DNA of 64,000 nucleotides, taken from the IMG/VR virus record IMGVR_UViG_3300042261_002390, positions 182,150 through 246,149 of that record. The stretch is one strand, 5' to 3'. Each line of letters starts with the position of its first letter. Position 1 is the first letter of the stretch. The position numbers and the translations under genes are program-made. Shown here in pieces: positions 48,244 through 56,314 of the stretch. Below the pieces are notes generated by a model. That model was not told where the DNA came from and did no database searches. It was given only the letters and a program-made list of their open reading frames with translations.

Positions 48244-48261
48244 TTAAAAACAAAAAAAAAA

Positions 48262-49602
48262 ATGGAAAATTATTGTATTAAAACAAGAAAGATTACGATA
48301 ATTCCTTCAGGGGATAATCGGAATGATGTTTATTCGTATATTCGAAAAATGGCATCAGATTTAGCAAGAATTGGTAATGGCGTGATTAGGCTTCACTTTA
48401 ACAATCAATACGATATTGATGAAATATCGAAGTCACGTAATATTACTAAGTCGGATGCAAAGAAATTTGTTGAAGAAAAGCTTGGTACGTCAATTCGTAA
48501 TTCTGGTTATCAATCATTGACTGAGTTGATTGACATATCTTCAAATATTCGCACATCGTTTAATTCATTGATTTTTAAAACAACACAAAATAATTTCTTT
48601 GATGTTTTAACGGGGAAAATGAGTATTCCTTCATTCAGGAAGACCAACATCAATATTCCGTTTCAATTTAAGGGAGATGCTCCGTTTAGTCTGGATGAAA
48701 AAGAATACTATTATTTCAATTTACCCTCAACCAAACACACTAAAGAAACAATCGGTGAACTGAAATTATCGTTGTTCTTTGGAAAAGATAGAAGCAATAA
48801 TCGTATTATTGTCGAACGCATTCTTAGTGGCGAATATGAAATATGCGATAGCTCAATTCAAGTAAAGGATAAAGATTTGTTTTTGTTGCTAACATATAAA
48901 CAGCCAATAAGCGAAAAGCTATTAAAACCTGAAAAAGTAATGGGTATTGATATCGGCATTAATCGTCCGGTAAGTTTTTACATCAGTGATGAAAAACATC
49001 AGCCAAGACAGTTTAATCTTAACGAGCATATACAGCATGAGAGGCTTAAATTGTTGAAACAAAGAAAATCGCTTCAACAATCATTAAAATTTTCTGTTGG
49101 TGGTCATGGTAGAAATCGAAAATTAGTGGCACTGAATGTATTAAAAGAAAAAGAATTACGTTGGGCAAAAAATAAGAATCATCAAATCACTAAAGCAATT
49201 ATTGATATTGCGCTACAGTATGGTGTTGGGGTGATTAAAATGGAAGATTTGACTGGTATTACTCAAGATACTAAAAATTATTTCTTGAAGTCTTGGGCAT
49301 ATTATCAACTGCAAAGCTTCTTGGAATATAAAGCCAAATCCTATGGTATTAAAATCTTATGGGTTGACCCAAAAAATACGTCTAGAACATGTCCTGTTTG
49401 TGGTAATGTCGATAAAGAAAACAGACATAGCACAGTCTTTAAATGTGTAAATGAATCATGTCCAGACCACGATGTTGAAAAAGATGCCGATATTGTCGCA
49501 GCTTTGAATATATCAAAATCAATTGGTTCTGATGTGAAACCTAAATCGAAAAAGGGAATTATCAGTGCTAAGACAAAACAAAAAGATATTGTTGAAGCAT
49601 AA
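48262..49602 (+). CDS. cas12f: compact type V effector, Cas12f-like (TnpB-derived RuvC nuclease)
   Basis: RuvC D230 (GIDIG), E328 (MEDL), D410 (DAD..AALNI); Zn finger CPVC/CVNESC; GGHGRNRKL and ERILSGEY segments typical of Cas12f1; flanked by two arrays. Confidence 0.88.
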   Translation: MENYCIKTRKITIIPSGDNRNDVYSYIRKMASDLARIGNGVIRLHFNNQYDIDEISKSRNITKSDAKKFVEEKLGTSIRNSGYQSLTELIDISSNIRTSFNSLIFKTTQNNFFDVLTGKMSIPSFRKTNINIPFQFKGDAPFSLDEKEYYYFNLPSTKHTKETIGELKLSLFFGKDRSNNRIIVERILSGEYEICDSSIQVKDKDLFLLLTYKQPISEKLLKPEKVMGIDIGINRPVSFYISDEKHQPRQFNLNEHIQHERLKLLKQRKSLQQSLKFSVGGHGRNRKLVALNVLKEKELRWAKNKNHQITKAIIDIALQYGVGVIKMEDLTGITQDTKNYFLKSWAYYQLQSFLEYKAKSYGIKILWVDPKNTSRTCPVCGNVDKENRHSTVFKCVNESCPDHDVEKDADIVAALNISKSIGSDVKPKSKKGIISAKTKQKDIVEA

Positions 49603-49603
49603 C

Positions 49604-49776
49604 GTTCATTGAAAATATTAAGTATTTGCATATTAATTATGCAAAGTGCGTGTTGTGACGCACATAGTGACTTGTGAATAAACACAAGGGTTAATAAATA
49701 ACCGGAAGCTATGCTTCACTCACTAACAACCAACAAAATTGTATGTTGTTTTATGTCAACACGTTATTGGTAATAG
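49604..49776 (+). ncRNA. tracrRNA-like scaffold 2 (also serves as array leader)
   Basis: Starts 2 nt after the cas12f stop; same hairpins as scaffold 1 with compensatory changes; GTTGTG loop 49652-49657, TGTCAAC 49754-49760. Confidence 0.8.
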
Positions 49777-50241
49777 GTTGTGACAAGACACAATTTTTGG
49801 GGTTGACACAACACTACCGAGTTTGAGCAACGATGTGAAGAAGTTGTGACAAGACACAATTTTTGGGGTTGACACAACAACTGTTCAGTAGCTATTGTAG
49901 ATGAACTAGTTGTGACAAGACACAATTTTTGGGGTTGACACAACTAGTGCTTTATAGCTGCCGAAGTGATTTCAGTTGTGACAAGACACAATTTTTGGGG
50001 TTGACACAACACAAGGATGACTGGTTTTTTCTTTGCTGGTTGTGACAAGACACAATTTTTGGGGTTGACACAACAGCATGATGACAGGCAAAACAGTCGA
50101 TTTTGTTGTGACAAGACACAATTTTTGGGGTTGACACAACAGATTAACAACGAAGAATGGATTACGAGCAGTTGTGACAAGACACAATTTTTGGGGTTGA
50201 CACAACTATAAGGGCAATATCGTTCTGATAAGACACAATTT
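49777..50241 (+). CRISPR. CRISPR array 2: 7 full 36-nt repeats plus a degenerate terminal repeat; spacers 30, 30, 30, 28, 30, 30, 15 nt
   Basis: Repeat GTTGTGACAAGACACAATTTTTGGGGTTGACACAAC at 49777, 49843, 49909, 49975, 50039, 50105, 50171; partial copy at 50222. Confidence 0.96.
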
Positions 50242-50299
50242 CGAATATGTTTTGTATTTATAAACAACACAGTTTGAATAGTTGATACAACATACAATC

Positions 50300-50461
50300 A
50301 TGAAAAAGAACATGCTCGATATTATTAATGAAGAGATTGAGGCAGATAGTAATCAAGATGTCTTGAATGAAATCCTTGATAATCTTGAAGGTCTTGATGA
50401 TTCAAGTCCAAATCTTCCTTTATATGGTGACCATTTAAAAAGTATTAGCGAAGCTGATTAA
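50300..50461 (+). CDS. small very acidic protein (53 aa)
   Basis: Manual translation MKKNMLDIINEEIEADSNQDVLNEILDNLEGLDDSSPNLPLYGDHLKSISEAD*. Confidence 0.55.
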   Translation: MKKNMLDIINEEIEADSNQDVLNEILDNLEGLDDSSPNLPLYGDHLKSISEAD

Positions 50462-50464
50462 TTT

Positions 50465-50491
50465 TGTAACCTTTCTTTATTGTCTAACGTA
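50465..50491 (+). promoter_or_regulatory. ECF-type promoter TGTAAC-N17-CGTA
   Basis: Recurrent intergenic motif. Confidence 0.7.
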
Positions 50492-50510
50492 TAATTTAGA
50501 AAAAATTATC

Positions 50511-50813
50511 ATGAAAAAGACAGGCATAACATTAAATTTAATTATTCGTAAAGAATATCCGGTTATTGTCAAGGAGATAAGAGTTGATGAGTTGGATAGA
50601 GCTAAATGCAGCAATAAATTTTTGAAACACATCGACAATATGCTTCAAAGCAATCCCGAAGTAAAGGTTTATGTTAAAGTATCGAACAACGGTGATGTTG
50701 ATTATCGTAAAAAAAGTGGCGATAAATTAGAGTATCGTATTTTCGATATTAGTAAGCATGAAGCTATCAGTCATTCGTTTTTCCTGCCGGAAGGTAAAAA
50801 AATTATATTCTAA
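50511..50813 (+). CDS. hypothetical protein
   Basis: 100-aa ORF. Confidence 0.65.
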   Translation: MKKTGITLNLIIRKEYPVIVKEIRVDELDRAKCSNKFLKHIDNMLQSNPEVKVYVKVSNNGDVDYRKKSGDKLEYRIFDISKHEAISHSFFLPEGKKIIF

Positions 50814-51055
50814 TGAAAAAAATCACACACACTACACAGTATTGGTTATTCAAAGAAATACCAAGTGAGTATGAAAAAAAATATTACTACGTAAGATGTA
50901 TGGTACGTGGTTTAACTGCTGTTTGGTTCATGGGATATGAAAACCACATGAATCTAGTATCAAGAATTGGGGGTGATTTAAGCGAAGAACTTGCCAATAA
51001 ACTTGAAGCAGAATTTCAGGAGTACATCAAAAATAATCCCGAAGAACAAGTTTAA
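50813..51055 (+). CDS. hypothetical protein
   Basis: 80 aa, stop/start overlap. Confidence 0.6.
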   Translation: MKKITHTTQYWLFKEIPSEYEKKYYYVRCMVRGLTAVWFMGYENHMNLVSRIGGDLSEELANKLEAEFQEYIKNNPEEQV

Positions 51056-51064
51056 TTAAAAGTT

Positions 51065-51091
51065 TGTAACCTTTTATCAACACTAAACGTA
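51065..51091 (+). promoter_or_regulatory. ECF-type promoter TGTAAC-N17-CGTA
   Basis: Recurrent intergenic motif. Confidence 0.65.
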
Positions 51092-51133
51092 CAAGTAGTT
51101 GATAAAAATATTGTAGAACTAAAAATTATTGCC

Positions 51134-51694
51134 ATGTTTTATAAATTTGACAAGAATGAATTGAAATACATTAAGGTAAAGTGGACGACAATTGGATTGA
51201 ATACCTTAGCTGTATTATCAATCATTGTTTTTATTTTTGGTTGGACGTTTAAGCGTGAAAACAAACAGTCATACAATGAAGAAGAAGTATTGATATTCAC
51301 TGCAAAGCAAAATGCCTTTACCAACGAAAAATTTATTGACGAAATCAAGCACATGAATTTTAAATTTCCACACATCGTTTATGCACAAGCATTACTTGAG
51401 ACCGGACGATTTAAAAAGCCAATTTTCGTCGAAAATAACAATCTCTTCGGAATGAAAGAAGCTATAATTAGAGTTAATACTTCTTTAGGTACTGAGAACG
51501 GTCATGCTACATATAAAAATTGGAGAGAGTCATTAATCGATTATGCACTATACTATGCAACGTATTTGAGCCGGATTGATAATGAAGATGATTATATTTC
51601 GTATCTCTCTCAAAAATATGCTGAAGACCCTAATTATGCAAATAAATTACGTGAGTTAATTAAAACCGAAAATCTTAAACAAAAATTAAATTAG
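51134..51694 (+). CDS. membrane-anchored glucosaminidase (GH73-like peptidoglycan hydrolase)
   Basis: AQALLETG, NNLFGMK, YAEDPNY motifs; N-terminal TM helix. Confidence 0.85.
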   Translation: MFYKFDKNELKYIKVKWTTIGLNTLAVLSIIVFIFGWTFKRENKQSYNEEEVLIFTAKQNAFTNEKFIDEIKHMNFKFPHIVYAQALLETGRFKKPIFVENNNLFGMKEAIIRVNTSLGTENGHATYKNWRESLIDYALYYATYLSRIDNEDDYISYLSQKYAEDPNYANKLRELIKTENLKQKLN

Positions 51695-51696
51695 TC

Positions 51697-52005
51697 ATGG
51701 GAGAAAATAACAATAAGCCAATTATTCATGTTAAGACATTTACAAATGAAGAACTTGACTCAATGTATGGTAAGAGAAAAATTGAAGTTGGTAAATGTTT
51801 TAAATCAGAATCCGGTCATTTATATAAGCAATTATCAAACAGTGTGTTGCATTTGAATATTCAGTCTGAAACCGAATTTTTAGCCAATACGCTACATGTT
51901 GGGTTTTTAAATGATAGGAGTTATTATCACTTTATCGAAATCGATGGGAATGAGTTTAATAATAAATTGGTTGATATTATTTTAAAATTATCATCGATGG
52001 CGTAA
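51697..52005 (+). CDS. hypothetical protein
   Basis: 102-aa ORF. Confidence 0.6.
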   Translation: MGENNNKPIIHVKTFTNEELDSMYGKRKIEVGKCFKSESGHLYKQLSNSVLHLNIQSETEFLANTLHVGFLNDRSYYHFIEIDGNEFNNKLVDIILKLSSMA

Positions 52006-52020
52006 ATAACATCAATATTT

Positions 52021-52047
52021 TGTAACATTTCAATAGGTTTATTCGTA
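52021..52047 (+). promoter_or_regulatory. ECF-type promoter TGTAAC-N17-CGTA
   Basis: Recurrent intergenic motif. Confidence 0.65.
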
Positions 52048-52086
52048 TTATATAAAAACGAATAAACCTTTTTAACATTTTTGACT

Positions 52087-52647
52087 ATGAAAAACTTTAT
52101 AAAAAAAATCAGTGTTTTGATTGCTGTTATGATGATTCCTATTGCTTATTTAACAGGTGTGCTTATTCTATATTGGAATTATGGGTATACTAATAGACCA
52201 TTCGTGGAATATTTATTGAATACCAATATCGTTATAATATTAAGTTATTTTTGTGTTGGTATTTTAGCTTGGGCATTTATCTTATATTTTGCTTACATGA
52301 TTAATTTCTTCATCAACGAGTTATTAGGCAAACCGACAAAACCTGCGCCTAAGTTTGATGTCACCAAGCATGGAGATTTTCGTAGGTATTACGATAGGAC
52401 TAGAAAAAGAAACTATTGGGTTTTAGGCTATTTTGGTGGTGGTAGTGTCAATGTTGTTGACGCATATGAAGTAGCTAAACAATTTAGCATCGCTGTTAAT
52501 GTACCGATTAATACAGTACATATTGATGAGATATTTAAATCTAGAAGATTTAAAGGTTTCAAATACGTATATTCAAATGTTGAAAATCAAATACCTGAAA
52601 AAAATTCTGATGTCATGAATGATGTTTGGAATTGGTTAGGTGATTAA
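52087..52647 (+). CDS. membrane protein with a soluble C-terminal domain
   Basis: Two TM segments followed by GYFGGGSV...SRRFKGFK. Confidence 0.7.
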   Translation: MKNFIKKISVLIAVMMIPIAYLTGVLILYWNYGYTNRPFVEYLLNTNIVIILSYFCVGILAWAFILYFAYMINFFINELLGKPTKPAPKFDVTKHGDFRRYYDRTRKRNYWVLGYFGGGSVNVVDAYEVAKQFSIAVNVPINTVHIDEIFKSRRFKGFKYVYSNVENQIPEKNSDVMNDVWNWLGD

Positions 52648-52680
52648 AAATAATGTTAAGATTTTAAAACTATATTCACT

Positions 52681-52980
52681 ATGGAATTAAATTTAATTAT
52701 TTATCTGTTGGGAGTAATGTTTATGTTCTCATTCCTATTGATTGGTTGGGGATTAAATGTTGCAAACATACAACAATTTCTATCGGTTGAAAAGTTTAGT
52801 ATTATAGGCGTTGTTGGTTCATTATTTTTATGTGCATTAGTATTTCCATTCACAATTGCCATATCAGTTGTTTTTTTACTGTTCATGCTTTGTTGTGGGA
52901 AATCTATAAAAAAACAAGAGAATATAAAAAATACTCATCACAAGAAAAATATTAAGCATGAAACAAGAAAAAAAACTTAG
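52681..52980 (+). CDS. small membrane protein
   Basis: Two TM segments and a basic tail. Confidence 0.6.
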   Translation: MELNLIIYLLGVMFMFSFLLIGWGLNVANIQQFLSVEKFSIIGVVGSLFLCALVFPFTIAISVVFLLFMLCCGKSIKKQENIKNTHHKKNIKHETRKKT

Positions 52981-53407
52981 AAGACTTAAGCATCTTGTTC
53001 ACAAATATGATATGATGCTTGCCATATATTTTCGTTCGTATGAGAAAGGTAAGCTAAACTATGACCTTATTGCATATTTTGACGAAAGAATAGAATCGTA
53101 TTCTGATTTTGGTGACTCTCGTTCAGTAGAATGGTTTAAGGCATTTAGTGAGATTAAAGCATTGGTTCTGGACTTATCACTAACCAAAGAAGAGTATTTT
53201 AAAATATGTACTGAGGAAAGAAAAAAAATAAACGATGCCCAAGACTTACTGCGTGTAAATAATCTCAAGGAAACACGTGATAATAAGGGTGTTTATGTAG
53301 GAAGTGGTGGGTCTAATAAGAACAGAATTCGATATCCGAAGAAAGCAAGGTCTAAACGAGTTTGGAGAATATTTTATGAAATGTTCCCTAATTTAGTGAA
53401 AAAATAA
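52958..53407 (+). CDS. hypothetical protein
   Basis: 149-aa ORF. Confidence 0.65.
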   Translation: MKQEKKLRRLKHLVHKYDMMLAIYFRSYEKGKLNYDLIAYFDERIESYSDFGDSRSVEWFKAFSEIKALVLDLSLTKEEYFKICTEERKKINDAQDLLRVNNLKETRDNKGVYVGSGGSNKNRIRYPKKARSKRVWRIFYEMFPNLVKK

Positions 53408-53422
53408 TCAAATCGTAAATAA

Positions 53423-53791
53423 ATGGAAAGAATATATAAAGCAGTTGATGGAACTGAATTTAAGTCGAAACTTGATTGTAAAAATCATGAGGCTAAACTC
53501 AACGAATTAAAAAACGTAGTGTTAAATGCTTTAAATTCGGGAGTATTTGGCGTTATGAAAAGTCCGGAACGTAAAGATGTGCCCTTGCTGGATTCACGCA
53601 ATAAGCCTAGTGATTATAGATATAATTGTGGCGATGGATTCTCCGGTTTTAAAATCTATGACAGATATGGTTATAAAATCCATATTGTTTTTAAACTAAG
53701 AGGTAGAAGATTAAAAATTCTTAGGTATGCTTATGATGAATGTGAAACATGGGTTAAATATTGTGGTAGTGTATATCTTAAAAAGCTATAA
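53423..53791 (+). CDS. hypothetical protein
   Basis: YKAVDGTEFKSKLDCKNHE N-terminal motif. Confidence 0.65.
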   Translation: MERIYKAVDGTEFKSKLDCKNHEAKLNELKNVVLNALNSGVFGVMKSPERKDVPLLDSRNKPSDYRYNCGDGFSGFKIYDRYGYKIHIVFKLRGRRLKILRYAYDECETWVKYCGSVYLKKL

Positions 53792-53793
53792 TT

Positions 53794-54186
53794 ATGTGGG
53801 ATGATATTATAATTGGAAGCGGGACTAAGTATTGTAGTTCATTTATTTTTTATCGGAGCGTAAAAACTGACATCAGTATTTCACAAAATAAATCATCATA
53901 TTGGGTTAGTCATTGTATCTTCGATAAGGGCATTACCATCTATAAAGACTGTAGGGAAGGGGAAAAGCTCACTAAATTGCTTGAACTTCCTGAAGACAAA
54001 GACCAAACTGTTTTTACGCCAAAAAAATCGAAAGACAGCCAGATTGTTGAGTTTTTAAATAAGCTCGTCATAAAACATTTGTCTTACGAAGCAATGATTA
54101 CTTCAATCGAAGAAATTCGAAAAAAAGCTTTTGATGAAGGTCAAAATGCTAAAGCTGAGGAAATTCGTAATGCATTATTTCTTTAA
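53794..54186 (+). CDS. hypothetical protein
   Basis: 130-aa ORF. Confidence 0.65.
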   Translation: MWDDIIIGSGTKYCSSFIFYRSVKTDISISQNKSSYWVSHCIFDKGITIYKDCREGEKLTKLLELPEDKDQTVFTPKKSKDSQIVEFLNKLVIKHLSYEAMITSIEEIRKKAFDEGQNAKAEEIRNALFL

Positions 54187-54228
54187 AAAACAATTTATTT
54201 ATTTATATACTTTATTTTTTTTATTATT

Positions 54229-55029
54229 ATGGAAAAAGAATCGTTAGATTATGTTAATGTTTTAAATGATTTTCCTAAATTATCTAAAACATTGGATGTT
54301 ACTTCTCTTGGCACGAAATATAATTTTCATGCTGCTACTGTTAAGAATCATGAAAGAGCTTTCGGTGAGCTTGAATTTAAGTTGAAAGGCAACAAAACAG
54401 CCTTCAAGAATATTCTAAAATGTTTAGATTACAATGGAAAGCAAACACGTATTGCAACAAAACATCACATCAGTACTTCTATGTCGGGTGATTTTTTAGA
54501 ATATTTAGGTATTATTAAGAAAATCGAAAATTCCGATGACTATACATGGAATGATTGCAATAGGAGTCCCGAAGAAATCACCTTGTATTACCTTACTGCA
54601 TTGAAAAATGTAAGTGAATTCCAAAAAGCAAGAAAAGCCGTCGATAAAAGTAGTGAAACTACTGTAATAATGCGGAACGGGTCAATATCTGAATCGGTTC
54701 AGTCTGAAATTAATTTTCCTGAGCAAGCTGATAATCAAGTGGAAACAATTGACACTTTCACTATTGATGATGAAGTGATTGAAAACCAGAGTGACGAATC
54801 AGTATCAGAACTTGAAATGATGGATATGATAATCAGTGCATTAACTAGTCAGTCAAAAGAGAATAGTGTGTTGATTGCAAATGCCATTAGTAATTTAGCA
54901 TCAGCGATTAATGGTAATACTGAGGCTATTAAAAAATATGGCGAAAAAATTGAAGGAAACACTGTCGCTACATATAAATTAGCTAAAACCATTAAGGAGA
55001 TTAAAGAATTAGCAGAAACAGGTAAATAA
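54229..55029 (+). CDS. hypothetical protein with acidic linker and C-terminal coiled coil
   Basis: 266-aa ORF; TATTTATA box at about 54200. Confidence 0.7.
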   Translation: MEKESLDYVNVLNDFPKLSKTLDVTSLGTKYNFHAATVKNHERAFGELEFKLKGNKTAFKNILKCLDYNGKQTRIATKHHISTSMSGDFLEYLGIIKKIENSDDYTWNDCNRSPEEITLYYLTALKNVSEFQKARKAVDKSSETTVIMRNGSISESVQSEINFPEQADNQVETIDTFTIDDEVIENQSDESVSELEMMDMIISALTSQSKENSVLIANAISNLASAINGNTEAIKKYGEKIEGNTVATYKLAKTIKEIKELAETGK

Positions 55030-55046
55030 TATTTTATTGCTCAACT

Positions 55047-55078
55047 AAAAACCCTTGCAATATTGTAAGGGTTTTTTT
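55047..55078 (+). terminator. intrinsic terminator
   Basis: AAACCCTTGCAA-TA-TTGTAAGGGTTT hairpin plus a T run. Confidence 0.7.
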
Positions 55079-55112
55079 ATATTTGTGCTATAAATTTAAA
55101 ACATAAAATATT

Positions 55113-55529
55113 ATGAGTAGAAATCATGAAGCAACAAGTGAAAGAAATGATGTTGGTGGCGAAAGAGATGAAAGAATAACAAGAAATTTGGTTGAAGCTG
55201 AAGCCGAAGATGGCAACGGCAGAATGATTGTGAATGGTCATATCACCAATGCTGGTGAATGTGACAATAGTGGCAATGTTTTTATCGGCGGTAGTGAGCC
55301 TGCACCAGTTATTACGTCTGGAAGACCGGAAAAAATAAGGAATATCAGTATTAGTGGTCTTAATTTCGGTTATGTAGTTGAAATTGGTTGTCAGAGTTTT
55401 GCTGTTGAAACACCCGAAAAACTTTGTGCTAAGTTACTTGAATACATGAAAAATCCTCAAACCGTTGAAAGAGAATGGTTTAATGGGGGATTTAAATTGA
55501 ACGATGAAGCCAAAACTAGCGAACAGTAA
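55113..55529 (+). CDS. hypothetical protein
   Basis: 138 aa; GYVVEIGCQSFAVE motif; TATATTTG box at 55078. Confidence 0.7.
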   Translation: MSRNHEATSERNDVGGERDERITRNLVEAEAEDGNGRMIVNGHITNAGECDNSGNVFIGGSEPAPVITSGRPEKIRNISISGLNFGYVVEIGCQSFAVETPEKLCAKLLEYMKNPQTVEREWFNGGFKLNDEAKTSEQ

Positions 55530-55530
55530 A

Positions 55531-55617
55531 TATTGGTATTATTCTGAGGTATCTTATTGTGTATTGTGCGGGAGAGAAGATAAACATCGAACTCGCCAAT
55601 ACACAAAAAAACCAATA
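55531..55617 (+). ncRNA. candidate structured intergenic RNA
   Basis: Nested stems TATTGGT/ACCAATA and TTGTGTATTG/CAATACACAA. Confidence 0.35.
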
Positions 55618-55702
55618 AATCCTTCCGAAAGAACTACGTGGAGGGAAACTGCATGTCATAGTCATTTTTTTTAACCTTATCGTCGAAATATTATCGAAAA
55701 TT

Positions 55703-55728
55703 TGTAACCTTTAGATATATTCAACGTA
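55703..55728 (+). promoter_or_regulatory. ECF-type promoter TGTAAC-N16-CGTA
   Basis: Recurrent intergenic motif. Confidence 0.7.
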
Positions 55729-55748
55729 TAAGTAAGAAACGTCATTTT

Positions 55749-56162
55749 ATGAAAAAGTTACTTGATGATTTATTTGTGCCACTTGATATCTCTATAAAGT
55801 TAAGTGAAATTGGATTCAATGAACCTTGTATGGCACATAGAATTAAGGAAAATGGAATATTATTAGACTTATTTCCCGGCAGTTTATACTACAAACAATC
55901 GCCAAGCAGTGAAAATGTTGACCCTGAATATTCTATAAACACACCAACATTTCAACAAGTGAGTGAATGGTTTTTAACTAAAAACATACATGTCACATAT
56001 ACTCCAATTTTTGTCAATATGGCATTTGGATTTACTACAATAGATTCATACGTTCCTCATTGTAACACTGATAATTATTTTGTTGAATATAAAACTCCAA
56101 GAGAAGCATATATTGCAGCGATTAATGAAGCAATTGATAGTATCAAATCAACAAACACATAA
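55749..56162 (+). CDS. hypothetical protein, paralog family A
   Basis: VPLDISIKLSEIGFNEPC...PTFQQVSEW shared with the 57953 and 58902 genes. Confidence 0.7.
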   Translation: MKKLLDDLFVPLDISIKLSEIGFNEPCMAHRIKENGILLDLFPGSLYYKQSPSSENVDPEYSINTPTFQQVSEWFLTKNIHVTYTPIFVNMAFGFTTIDSYVPHCNTDNYFVEYKTPREAYIAAINEAIDSIKSTNT

Positions 56163-56314
56163 AAAATATAGAACATCATGAAATATGTAATGATACCCAT
56201 ACTAGAATTATTTCGTCGATAAGGCAAATGACGAAAGCTTTGAAATAAACAAAGAAGTTGAAGTCTTAATTAAAACAAAGACCCCAAGTAAAAATCAATC
56301 ATTAATTTAGAAAT

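Noticed and set aside
48262-49602. Transposon TnpB of an IS200/IS605 element
   Set aside because: No TnpA/Y1 or serine recombinase gene and no obvious subterminal hairpin ends. It is flanked by true repeat-spacer arrays with anti-repeat scaffolds and has Cas12f1-type segments. A phylogeny would settle it.
48262-49602. Nuclease-dead Cas12f paired with an ECF sigma factor for RNA-guided transcription
   Set aside because: All three RuvC acidic residues are present, and no sigma factor gene is adjacent or visible in the window.
49944-50297. ORFs in the track at 49944-50297, 49952-50137, 49972-50205 and 50017-50211 with repeating CQPQKLCLVT or CDKTQFLGLTQ peptides
   Set aside because: Translations of CRISPR array 2 repeats, not genes.
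51075-51087. 13-nt match (TATCAACACTAAA) between array 1 spacer 2 and a phage promoter spacer
   Set aside because: Short, AT-rich and internal to the spacer rather than at the 5' seed; matches of this length are expected by chance. I could not exhaustively check self-targeting by eye.
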